A program made the translations under genes and the position numbers. A DNA stretch of 64,000 nt, from contig WRGR01000045.1 in the NCBI GenBank assembly GCA_009787085.1, positions 75 to 64,074 on the forward strand, given 5' to 3'. The notes below the pieces were generated by a model. The model was not told the origin of the DNA. It did no database searches and saw only the letters and a list, made by a program, of their open reading frames with translations. The DNA comes from Actinomycetes bacterium (GTDB lineage Bacteria > Actinomycetota > Coriobacteriia > Coriobacteriales > UBA8131). The number at the start of each line of letters is the position of its first letter. The stretch's first letter is position 1. Shown here piece by piece: positions 38,167 through 47,119 of this stretch.

Positions 38167-39022
38167 CCGTATCAAAATCACTTCTGCCGCAAAGCGTTTC
38201 GAAGTGATTCGCAACCTGCAAAGCAACGCTACCGATGTCATCCGTATCGAAGCAGTAGACAAACGCTTCCGTATCTATGAGGACCAAAAACAGCACTTCT
38301 TTTCACTCTTCTCCAAAAAATACCGCCGTCGCCTGAAGCTGCAAACAGCCATCCGAGATATTAGCTGTGTTATCCAACGCGGCCAGTCGGTAAACTTAAT
38401 CGGCGAAGCTGCCTCCGGCAAAACCACGTTGATCAACCTGATTGCTGGAATCAAACTGCCAGGCAAAGGCCGCATTGTGATCAATGGCCGGGTGAGCAAC
38501 TTCAACACTGCGATCACCGGCCTAGACACAAGTATCTCCGGTCGCCGCAACATGCTGCTCAAAGGGCAGATGATGGGACTGACCAAAACCGAGTTGGCAG
38601 TGACAATTCCCAAGGCCGTTGAATTCTCCGGTCTCGGTGCCGACATTGACAAACCGATGAAACGTCTAACAAAAAGCTTGTCTAACCGCATTGTTCCAGC
38701 TTTTTTACTTTCTTGTGATTATGATATTTTGCTAGTTGATAGTTGGATCAAGGGCATCGACAGAGAGTTCAGCCAAAAGTGCCAGATGCGCATCCAGGAA
38801 CTGGTGGCAAGCAAGAAGACCACGGTAATCTATAGCTCACGCAGTCCGATGACCAAGATACCGGGATTTGACCGGGCACTGATACTCAAACAGGGACGGT
38901 TGATCTACGACGGCGTGATGAGTGGGGCTTTGGATTATTTCAAAGATCTCGGAACGCCATCGCCTATCCCTGACGATCCAGAGAGCGAACAGAACAAAAC
39001 ACCACTCGAACCAGAGATGTAA
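38156..39022 (+). CDS. TagH-like ABC nucleotide-binding protein with degenerate catalytic motifs
   Basis: 288 aa. It overlaps the tagG stop by 11 nt. Walker A is present (GEAASGKTTLINLIAG). At the positions of the other motifs I read DTSISG (no Q-loop Gln), RLTKSLSNRI (instead of a YSSGM/LSGGQ signature), ILLVDSW (Ser instead of the catalytic Glu) and VIYSSRSP (Arg instead of the H-loop His). The alignment was done by eye only. Confidence 0.7.
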   Translation: MRSDRIKITSAAKRFEVIRNLQSNATDVIRIEAVDKRFRIYEDQKQHFFSLFSKKYRRRLKLQTAIRDISCVIQRGQSVNLIGEAASGKTTLINLIAGIKLPGKGRIVINGRVSNFNTAITGLDTSISGRRNMLLKGQMMGLTKTELAVTIPKAVEFSGLGADIDKPMKRLTKSLSNRIVPAFLLSCDYDILLVDSWIKGIDREFSQKCQMRIQELVASKKTTVIYSSRSPMTKIPGFDRALILKQGRLIYDGVMSGALDYFKDLGTPSPIPDDPESEQNKTPLEPEM

Positions 39023-40706
39023 CTATCTGCGCCAGCCCGGCTGCAGCTGCTGGAATGCGCCTTGCCCCCTGCTGGACTTCGAATCGATAACGCCGCAACT
39101 CTGCCCTTAGAAGCCACCGCATCCTGAACTTCTTTATCAGCACACCAGCCTCACTGCGCTCCAGCCAATAGCGCCCCAGCAACTGCTGATCTTGGAAACT
39201 GTCACTTGAATAGCTGCCATCACTCTGGCGATAGCGGAAATGGAGCGGAACCGAGTTAATTGGCCCCGCTTCACCGTGATCGTCACCGAAAAAACGGCAT
39301 TCGCAACGCAGCTTCTGGACGGGCAACTGCGGATCAAGGTGCAATCGAAATCCCCGTCCTATTTCAACCAACTGATCGGCCAAGAAAACATCGCGCTCAG
39401 AAATCCTGATCTGCTCCACGACAAGCTCCCTGACAATGCCGTTGGCTTCCCAAAGAAAATGGTATCCGAGGGTCGGCAGCCCGTAATTTTGGCGTATAAA
39501 GCCCTCAAAGATTAATTCTTTGCGGCTTGGATCAAGATAGGCCGAGATGTTGTCCACCGTACTGCTGGACTTAATGTTGAAGAGCTTGAGATCGCCAAAA
39601 AAAAGCGAGCAGGAACGGGTGATGCGCAAATGGCGGTGCCATTTGTGTCCGTATTTGAGATTCAACAAGGCCACTTTGTGTGCCCGACCCAGTTTGCGCT
39701 GGGCAAAGATCACATCGTCATCTATCTCATCAACTAGGTCAAATAACGACTGACGGTAAGCGTTCAGCTCATCCGGAGTCAACACATCAATTTCTGCCAA
39801 CCCGCGCTGCAAAAACCGCCACTGCAGATCATACATCACCATGTACTGCACGAATTTGAGCACACTGCCATCAGGCGATCGCGCCTCTTTAAACGCCCGT
39901 TGATAGAAACGTTCCACCGTATCCACGTACCAGTCTTTCCGGAGATGCTTGCCAGCAATGCTGTTACTGCCATCGCCACGCCGTCGGTAGTTGATATGGG
40001 ATGTGGACACGACACCGTAGCACATACCATTAGCCAACAGCACATCGAGGATAAAGCAGGCATCTTCGGAGAGTTCCAAGCCCTCGTCAAAGCGGCTGGC
40101 AGCCAGAGCCTGCCGTCTGAACAGGCAGGAGTTGACATGCATCACAAAGCTAGCCGGCTCAGCATCCAGTTCGATCAGGCGATCACCTTGATCAAATTTT
40201 GAATTTAGCCGATGTTCGCCTTGTCGGCCTTCGAAGAAGATCACGCGCTGAGCGACAAAAGGCAGCATCTGACAGCCATCGTCTTCCAACGTAGCAAAGA
40301 GCTCCAGCATGTCGGCTAAGGAGCGCTCAGAAAGGCAATCGTCAGCATCCAAGAAATAGCAGTAGTCGCCACTGGCATGTTCAATGCCGCGGTTGCGGGC
40401 AGCGCTGACCCCGCAATTGCCCTGCTGGATGTATACCGTGTTGTTCGGATACTGCTGCGCATATGCCTCACAGAGTCTGCCGCTTTCGTCCGCAGAGCCA
40501 TCATTGACCAAAATCAGCTGGATATCGGCCTCAAAACATATGCCCTCTTGACCAAGTACGCTCTGCACGGCATCCGGCAAGTAGCGCGCGGCGTTGTATA
40601 TCGGAACGATTACGCTGACCAAAGGCCGTAGGCGAGGTATGTCAGAGGAATTTTGCAAAGTCTTCTTGCACTCGATTGACCAAACGCTCTGTATTGCAAC
40701 CGTCAT
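38964..40706 (-). CDS. Glycosyltransferase family 2 protein with a C-terminal uncharacterised domain of about 300 aa
   Basis: VSVIVPIYNAARYLPDAVQSVLGQ...LILVNDGSADESGRLCE...GVSAARNRGIEHASGDYCYFLDADD. The start is uncertain: ATG 40706 overlaps the upstream gene by 65 nt, and TTG 40658 is an alternative. The 3' end overlaps the convergent tagH-like gene by 59 nt. Confidence 0.75.
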   Translation of the reverse strand: MTVAIQSVWSIECKKTLQNSSDIPRLRPLVSVIVPIYNAARYLPDAVQSVLGQEGICFEADIQLILVNDGSADESGRLCEAYAQQYPNNTVYIQQGNCGVSAARNRGIEHASGDYCYFLDADDCLSERSLADMLELFATLEDDGCQMLPFVAQRVIFFEGRQGEHRLNSKFDQGDRLIELDAEPASFVMHVNSCLFRRQALAASRFDEGLELSEDACFILDVLLANGMCYGVVSTSHINYRRRGDGSNSIAGKHLRKDWYVDTVERFYQRAFKEARSPDGSVLKFVQYMVMYDLQWRFLQRGLAEIDVLTPDELNAYRQSLFDLVDEIDDDVIFAQRKLGRAHKVALLNLKYGHKWHRHLRITRSCSLFFGDLKLFNIKSSSTVDNISAYLDPSRKELIFEGFIRQNYGLPTLGYHFLWEANGIVRELVVEQIRISERDVFLADQLVEIGRGFRLHLDPQLPVQKLRCECRFFGDDHGEAGPINSVPLHFRYRQSDGSYSSDSFQDQQLLGRYWLERSEAGVLIKKFRMRWLLRAELRRYRFEVQQGARRIPAAAAGLAQIVTSLVRVVFCSVRSLDRQG

Positions 40707-42453
40707 GGTGTACCACCAGTTGTCGATAGCGCTCGATATACTGCTCAGCCTGTGCCTGACTGTAATTCCTCTCGATCGCATCTCCCAGTTCAGCGTCGTC
40801 AAGGCAAACATCGCCGAAAACGCTATGCTCATCGAGCATCAGATGTGTCGGCTCACCGTAATGAGACATGCATTCTTCGAGCTCCCGCCAATAGAAAAGC
40901 ACGTTTGCCCCCCGATAGAAGGCATCAAAAGAGATACTGGAGTAGTCGGTGATCAACAGTCTGGTTTTGCGCAGCAGCTCGTCATAAGATCCATTGGCCT
41001 CGCCAGTGGCATGCTGAAAAACCTCTTTGCCGAACAACGGATGCGGTGCCACCACCACTTTGTCCTTCAGGTGCTCGGGCACCTCCTCTAGAATCCGCTT
41101 GATCATCCGTACATAGCCAGCGTTGGCGGTGTCGTATTTGATGGCGTTGAACTCCCAGAAGCGCCAAGTTGGCATGACCAATATCTTATCGGCATCCGGG
41201 TATTGGTAGCTGAAATCGAACTTCGGCAGACCACTGACCACCAGCTCATCCGGCGCAAAGCCGGCTAAGTCGATAAAGTGTTGCGCTTCGCGGGGCGAGG
41301 ACACCACTACCCGTACCTTGCCGCGCATATGGTCACGGCGAAAAGACGTTCGTTGCGGCGAGTCCAAGGAGATCATCATCATCACTCCATGCTGCAAGAA
41401 CACATAGCCCTTTTTGCCACGGGAGATCTTGTGCTGCGCGAAAGGGTTCTGAACCCGCAGCTCCAGGCAATGGGCGATCGATTCGGTGCCGATAAACATC
41501 CGGCAACGAAAAAAGGCCAGGTAATGCCGAAAGCTGTGTTGGTAAATAAAGTGCCGACGATAGCTGTCGGCCACATCGAGCCGTTCGGCCATCTGTTTGG
41601 AGATCACATAATGGATCCGCGGCTGCCCCATGTCGACCATCCGCTCAAAAACCACCTTGGCGCTCTCCTCGTACTTCGAGGCATTCTTCTCGAACAGCAG
41701 GATCGGCCGGTTGAAGGGCATGAGCACTGAGAGCAGCCAAGCCAGGTAAAGTTTTAGGCGCCTATGCAACAGGTCTGTTTGGTTGCGGTGCCGAACAGTG
41801 AGCAACATCCCTCTGCCCACTGACTGCCGGAAAAAGGCCGTGGTATCCTGTTTTTCGTCATAGAGGAAATGCCCATGGGCGGCAACGTAGCGCCGCAGAA
41901 CCACATTATAGGTGATCGGCCGGTAGATTCGGGTATCCTCGTCTACTTGGATATAGGCACGCATGGCGTTGTGGATCTTCATGTGCTGAAGGTCCTTCAT
42001 CTTCAACTTCAAACGCAGCAGACAGAAATGGCGGTATCTGCCCTTCTTCGAGCCAATCAGGATCTCAGGCATGAAATATTGGTCGTTAATCACGATACGC
42101 ATGTCTTCTAAAGCCACAGGATAACTGGTTTTGGTGATAAACAAACAGGTCAAACCAAGAGTTTGGCGCTTTTTGGAATTATGGAAAAAAGGCATAAAAG
42201 CACGAAAACGATTACGTCGCCTACCCTGCTGGTCACAGATAGGGTCGTCGTCACTCTCTTCGATGTCCTCAACAATGTTACCGTCAAACGCATCCGGGTA
42301 TTCGTTTTTGTGCCTGATCCCCTTGGGGAGATGCCGGTCAGTATTCAAGAGCTGCCTGTCCTTTGCATTCGATGTTCCATTGCCCCCCTTTCGTTTCTTC
42401 TCCACCTCGGTGCGCGTCATCTGAGCGGCTACGGTACTGAGGGTGAGATGCAT
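40642..42453 (-). CDS. CDP-glycerol glycerophosphotransferase family protein (TagF-like) with a basic N-terminal region
   Basis: FLQHGVMMMI...KILVMPTWRFWEF...VVAPHPLF...LLITDYSSISFDAFYRGANVLFYWRE. The ORF track opens it at TTG 42483. The first ATG is 42453, 10 nt after the upstream stop, and the start is uncertain. Confidence 0.78.
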   Translation of the reverse strand: MHLTLSTVAAQMTRTEVEKKRKGGNGTSNAKDRQLLNTDRHLPKGIRHKNEYPDAFDGNIVEDIEESDDDPICDQQGRRRNRFRAFMPFFHNSKKRQTLGLTCLFITKTSYPVALEDMRIVINDQYFMPEILIGSKKGRYRHFCLLRLKLKMKDLQHMKIHNAMRAYIQVDEDTRIYRPITYNVVLRRYVAAHGHFLYDEKQDTTAFFRQSVGRGMLLTVRHRNQTDLLHRRLKLYLAWLLSVLMPFNRPILLFEKNASKYEESAKVVFERMVDMGQPRIHYVISKQMAERLDVADSYRRHFIYQHSFRHYLAFFRCRMFIGTESIAHCLELRVQNPFAQHKISRGKKGYVFLQHGVMMMISLDSPQRTSFRRDHMRGKVRVVVSSPREAQHFIDLAGFAPDELVVSGLPKFDFSYQYPDADKILVMPTWRFWEFNAIKYDTANAGYVRMIKRILEEVPEHLKDKVVVAPHPLFGKEVFQHATGEANGSYDELLRKTRLLITDYSSISFDAFYRGANVLFYWRELEECMSHYGEPTHLMLDEHSVFGDVCLDDAELGDAIERNYSQAQAEQYIERYRQLVVHHDGCNTERLVNRVQEDFAKFL

Positions 42454-42463
42454 GCCATTTGGC

Positions 42464-43624
42464 TCAGACCATGCTATCTTCAATACGCCGGACGGCCTCT
42501 AACAGCCGGTCGTCCGGGGTGGTCAGGGAAATGCGCACATAGCCCTCGCCGCCCGGCCCGTAGCCGCTGCCAGGTGTGACGATAACATGCGCTTGGGTCA
42601 ACACCTGTTCTGCAAACTCAGCAGAGCTTAGGCCTTGAGGCACCCGTGCCCAAATGTAAATCGAAGCCTTGGGAGTGGCACATTCCAAACCGATCGCCCG
42701 CAGCGCCCCGACCACTAGATCACGGCGCCTCTGGTAAAGGGCGCAGACCTCTGCAATGCAGCTCTGGTCGCCACTGAGCGCAACTATCGCCGCCTCTTGG
42801 ATGGCTGTGAACTGACCGGAATCCAAGTTGTTCTTGACGGTTCCCAAGGCCTTGATAGCCATGGCATTGCCCACCGCAAAGCCGATACGCCAGCCGGTCA
42901 TGTTGTAGCTCTTGGATAAGGAGAATATCTCGACCGCTACCTCCTTGGCACCGGGACGCTCTAGCAGCGCCGGTGGCCGGTAGCCGTCAAAGCCGATCTC
43001 ACAGTAGGCGTTGTCGTGGACCAACAACAGGTCGTGCGCCTTGGCATAAGCAATTGCAGCATCGAAGTACTCCGGCGGCGCAATCGCCCCAGTTGGGTTG
43101 TTGGGGTAGCCGATGAACAGGATGCGCGCCTGTTCGGCAATGTCAGCAGGCACGGCATCGAACTCCGCCAACCAGCCGGTTTCTGCCCGCATTGGCATGT
43201 AGTATGTCTGAGCATGCATCAGCGTCGCGCCACCGGAATAGACCGGATAGCCAACGGCAGGTGCCAGCACATAGTCGCCGGGGTTGACGAAGGCCGTATG
43301 CAGATGCCCGATGCCCTCCTTGCTGCCGATCAAGGCCAAGGTCTCGCTGCTCGGATCGATAGGTACGCCAAAGCGGCGTTGCACCCAAGCAGCGGCAGCC
43401 TGACGGAAGGCGGCGCTGCCGGCATAGTCCGGATAACGATGGTTGGCAGGGCGGCGGATGGCCTCAGCCATGGCATCCACGATATGCGCGGGTGTCGGCA
43501 TGTCCGGGTCGCCAATGGCCAAGGAAATGACATCGATGCCGGCAGCCCGCATCGCATCGCGCTTCGCATCGATTTGCACAAACAGGTACGGGGAGATATG
43601 GTCAAGGTTGCGTGCAGGTTTCAT
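42464..43624 (-). CDS. Class I/II PLP aminotransferase, most similar in pattern to the DapC_direct type of LL-diaminopimelate aminotransferase
   Basis: ISPYLFVQIDAKRDAMRAAGIDVISLAIGDPDMPTPAHIVDAMAEAIRRPANHRYPDYAGSAAFRQAAAAWVQRRFGV...LIGSKEGIGHL...FSLSKSYNMTGWRIGFAVGN (PLP lysine). dapF lies 2.4 kb away. Confidence 0.75.
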   Translation of the reverse strand: MKPARNLDHISPYLFVQIDAKRDAMRAAGIDVISLAIGDPDMPTPAHIVDAMAEAIRRPANHRYPDYAGSAAFRQAAAAWVQRRFGVPIDPSSETLALIGSKEGIGHLHTAFVNPGDYVLAPAVGYPVYSGGATLMHAQTYYMPMRAETGWLAEFDAVPADIAEQARILFIGYPNNPTGAIAPPEYFDAAIAYAKAHDLLLVHDNAYCEIGFDGYRPPALLERPGAKEVAVEIFSLSKSYNMTGWRIGFAVGNAMAIKALGTVKNNLDSGQFTAIQEAAIVALSGDQSCIAEVCALYQRRRDLVVGALRAIGLECATPKASIYIWARVPQGLSSAEFAEQVLTQAHVIVTPGSGYGPGGEGYVRISLTTPDDRLLEAVRRIEDSMV

Positions 43625-43888
43625 GGTATTCGGCCTCCTTTACTGAACCTCCATTGTACTAGACCGATGAAGTGAAGGTTACCGTGATCTGCCGGTACGC
43701 CTCCAGACCGCGAATGCGCGCCCCAAAACTTCTTTGGTACGCCAGAGCTCATCTTTATTCCCTTTTTAATTTCTGTTTGTTATAGTGGATACGTGTATTG
43801 GCTGCCAGATGGATTGGCTGCCAGATGGCGATCAGAGTTTTCAATGGTCAGAGTTGCGCCCCGCTTGCCAAAGCCGAAAGGAGCAAGG

Positions 43889-45985
43889 ATGGGTCATTTC
43901 ACAGCAAAAGTTGGCTCCTTTCTCAAAAGAACCGTGCGGGGCATATCCGAGGTGAGAGCCTCTGATCAAGAAACGCTCAACAAACTGAAGAGGGCCGAAA
44001 AAGAGCTGAAGGCTAGCAAGCGCGTCCTGAAAGCCGACGGCCAAGCCCGTCAGATGCTTGCCCAGTGGCTGGAGCTGAACCAGCAAGGCCAGTTCCTCAT
44101 TGGCTCATACCTTTGTTTGCTCGGGTATCACAAAGTGGCGGTGTTTTCCGCTTTGCCTCCCAAGCAGCGCATCTCGTCGAAGCGTGATATCATCGACACC
44201 CTGCTGGTTCGGGAACTCAGCGCCGACCCGAATATCGAAGTCACTTGCCTTATAAGCGATAACCGGACCACGATTGGTGATTTGCCCAGCATCAAGCTTG
44301 CTGAACTGCCCTTGCGGATGCCCGTTGATGCCGTAATCATCCCCCTGCCCCAATTGAGCCAGCAAGCATGCGAGGCGCTGGGCAGCAACATCCCCATATT
44401 GCATTTGTCACAGATAATCAGCCAAATCCACTCCACTTTCACTGATGATGCGGCTTTAGCCCGCTCCTTGGTGGCTTTGAGGAACCGTGGGGTCGCGGTG
44501 CAGGTGATCGCCACCCCCAACAGCCCAGCCATTGAGCACCCCTCGGCATTCGAGAGATACCTGCTGGAGAAGAAGATCAAGCGGGGCGGTTCCGGTCCGA
44601 ACATCCAGGAGTACTTCAAGCGCTCGCACACTGACGAGCTGTACAGCTTGCAGGAGTACCAAGACCTCTTGCGCATCGAGCTCCCGGCAGTCCCCTACAA
44701 GGACTACTGGCGACACACCGACGTACACAGCGACAAGGTGAATATCGTCGGCGGCGAGCGTCTGACAACAGACCTTCCAGAGAGCTACAACCGGACACTT
44801 CATGTCTTCGGTGACTCAACGGCTCTGAACTACGGCATGGAAGATCGCTTCACAGTAGCCAGCTGTCTGCAACGGCTGATCAACCAAAACAATGCGGCGG
44901 GCGGCGCTGCGGCAACCGAGGGATTGCGGGTCATCAACCACAGCCTGACTGCAGCCAGCACCCGCATGCTGGCCAATAAGATTAACGATACTGCCGTCGG
45001 CGATACCGACATGGTCGTGGTCATCCGCAGAAACGGTGCCTTGAACAGCTTGTTCGGCAAGCTGATGACCGCCAACGGCATATTCTTCTATGACACCCAG
45101 CCAGAGTTCGAGCGCCCCCATGACGACGGTGAAGTATTCCTGAACCAAAAGCACCCCAACTTCCGGGGCACCCAGAAGCTGGCCAGCATCATCTTCAGAC
45201 TGGCCTTCGGCCCGGATGCCGTGTCAGCAGCTCCGGCTCCACAGAGAACAGCAGTCACAGAGACATTCCATCCAGACACCTTGCTTTATTCCTACAATCA
45301 GCTCAGCCAGCCCATCCCAGCCCTAGACGAGCGCGCCATTGATACCATCAGCCAAAGCGCGAAGTTCAGAGCCTATTTGAAGGAGCTGGAGGCAATGCGC
45401 ACTCCAACCGATGGACGGGTCGGTGCAATTGTCATGAACTGCAACCCCTTCACCAAGGGGCACCAGTTCCTGATCGAAACCTGTGTAGCCAAAGTCGATA
45501 AACTCTACATCTTCGCCGTCGAGGAGGATAGGAGCGAATTTCCCTTCAACGACCGCATCGAGCTGATCAGGGCGGGAGTGGCACACCTAAGCAATGTCGA
45601 AGTACTGCCTAGCGGCAATTTCATCATCTCCACCTTGACCTTCCCAGAGTACTTCCAGAAGGGCGATCTTCAGGAAGTTGCCATTGACCCGTCCAACGAT
45701 GTCGACCTCTTTGGCAGGCACATCGCGCCGGCTCTGGGTATCAGCATTCGCTTCGTGGGCGAGGAGCCCTTGGACAAGGTAACCCTACAGTACAACCAGA
45801 CGATGCAGCGGCTGTTACCAGACCTCGGTGTGGATGTCGAGGTGATAGCACGCATCGAGCATGGCGGTGCCCCGATTAGTGCGTCAAGGGTGCGCAGACT
45901 GTTGGCGACTAGGGACTTCGCGGCCATAGCCGAGATAGTGCCCGCCACCACACTCACCTACTTGAAGGAGAGGTTCTCCGACTGA
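43889..45985 (+). CDS. Multidomain protein: N-terminal coiled coil, a central region with a GDS motif (SGNH-like?) and a C-terminal citrate-lyase-ligase (CitC)-like nucleotidyltransferase domain
   Basis: The start was trimmed to M33 of the ORF (AAAGGAGcaaggATG). The C-terminus is GAIVMNCNPFTKGHQFLIETCVAKVDKLYIFAVEEDRSEFPFNDRIELIR...FPEYFQKGDL...FVGEEPLDKVTLQYNQ...ISASRVRRLL, which carries the (T/H)xGH and ISAS(R/T)xR motifs of the CitC/cytidylyltransferase superfamily. The middle contains LHVFGDSTALNYG. Confidence 0.7.
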   Translation: MGHFTAKVGSFLKRTVRGISEVRASDQETLNKLKRAEKELKASKRVLKADGQARQMLAQWLELNQQGQFLIGSYLCLLGYHKVAVFSALPPKQRISSKRDIIDTLLVRELSADPNIEVTCLISDNRTTIGDLPSIKLAELPLRMPVDAVIIPLPQLSQQACEALGSNIPILHLSQIISQIHSTFTDDAALARSLVALRNRGVAVQVIATPNSPAIEHPSAFERYLLEKKIKRGGSGPNIQEYFKRSHTDELYSLQEYQDLLRIELPAVPYKDYWRHTDVHSDKVNIVGGERLTTDLPESYNRTLHVFGDSTALNYGMEDRFTVASCLQRLINQNNAAGGAAATEGLRVINHSLTAASTRMLANKINDTAVGDTDMVVVIRRNGALNSLFGKLMTANGIFFYDTQPEFERPHDDGEVFLNQKHPNFRGTQKLASIIFRLAFGPDAVSAAPAPQRTAVTETFHPDTLLYSYNQLSQPIPALDERAIDTISQSAKFRAYLKELEAMRTPTDGRVGAIVMNCNPFTKGHQFLIETCVAKVDKLYIFAVEEDRSEFPFNDRIELIRAGVAHLSNVEVLPSGNFIISTLTFPEYFQKGDLQEVAIDPSNDVDLFGRHIAPALGISIRFVGEEPLDKVTLQYNQTMQRLLPDLGVDVEVIARIEHGGAPISASRVRRLLATRDFAAIAEIVPATTLTYLKERFSD

Positions 45986-46033
45986 CGGTGAGTCTTTAGT
46001 CGCTCTGGGCGAAAGACGGGGGCACTTCGCCGG

Positions 46034-47008
46034 TTAAAGCGCTATCTCGCCTTGATAGACGGTTTTTGCAGGCCCGGTCATCAGCACATGGTTGTCGGAT
46101 CGCCAGTCGATATCCAAGACCCCGCCGCGTAGCTGCACCTGCGAGCGGCGCGGGGCACGCCCGGTCAAGGCGGCGGCCACCGCCACTGCCGAGGCGCCTG
46201 TGCCACAGGCCATGGTTTCGCCAACACCACGCTCATAGACCCGCATCGACAAAACGGTGCCGCCAAAGAGAGCGCGTTTTGTGCCCTGTTCCACATTCTG
46301 ATTACTAGCGAGAACCCGAACGAATTCGATGTTGCACTGCTCGGGAAACTCACTGGCCTCGGCCAAAGGGCGGGCGAAGATGGCAAACTCGGAGTCCGAA
46401 AGCCCCAGGATGCCAGCCGTTGGCTCTTCCAGAAAACAAACTGCATGCGGGTTGCCCATATTCACACAGGTGAAACGGAGGGTGCCGTATTCGATGCCCG
46501 ACTGTGACCTGACATCTGCTAGGCTGCCTAGCACCGCTTCCGTGACGATCTGGCCCCAACGGCCACAGATACCACTCGTCTGCGCCGCCGCCAACGTCGT
46601 AGGTACCAGCGCGGGAGCGAAGCACGGCTCACCCATGTCCACACTGGCCTGAGTCATCTGGCCTTGTTCGTCCACCTCGAATCTGATCGCCTTGTTCCCT
46701 GCCCTAGTGCCGGCAATCAAGGAGCGCTGCCCGTCCGGCAAATAGCCACAGTCCACCAAGAACTTGGCAAAGCAGCGTACGCCATTGCCGCACATCTCGG
46801 CTATCGATCCATCGGCATTGCGGTAGTCCATAAAGGCCAAGCATTCGCTGTCAGTCGAGGGGCGCACGACAATCAAACCGTCGGCACCGATGCCCAAGCG
46901 GCGATCACAAAGCCACTGCACCTGCCCGGCATCCAGTTCGGCTTGGCTCGCAAGGCCATCGATGACTATGAAGTCATTGCCTGTTCCATGCATCTTGGTA
47001 AAACGCAT
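46034..47008 (-). CDS. dapF: Diaminopimelate epimerase
   Basis: The start was trimmed to M16 (MRFTKMHGTGNDFIVIDG). The active-site Cys contexts are EMCGNGVRCF and ETMACGTGASAVA. Confidence 0.92.
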   Translation of the reverse strand: MRFTKMHGTGNDFIVIDGLASQAELDAGQVQWLCDRRLGIGADGLIVVRPSTDSECLAFMDYRNADGSIAEMCGNGVRCFAKFLVDCGYLPDGQRSLIAGTRAGNKAIRFEVDEQGQMTQASVDMGEPCFAPALVPTTLAAAQTSGICGRWGQIVTEAVLGSLADVRSQSGIEYGTLRFTCVNMGNPHAVCFLEEPTAGILGLSDSEFAIFARPLAEASEFPEQCNIEFVRVLASNQNVEQGTKRALFGGTVLSMRVYERGVGETMACGTGASAVAVAAALTGRAPRRSQVQLRGGVLDIDWRSDNHVLMTGPAKTVYQGEIAL

Positions 47009-47119
47009 CCGGGTCACCCCATTCGTCCTAGAGAAGCGCCATTCAATGCCCAATTCCGTCCCTCACGGCCTCCGAGTCGCAATTTTTTCTCCCTAACCAG
47101 CGGTGTCAGAGATTGCTGG

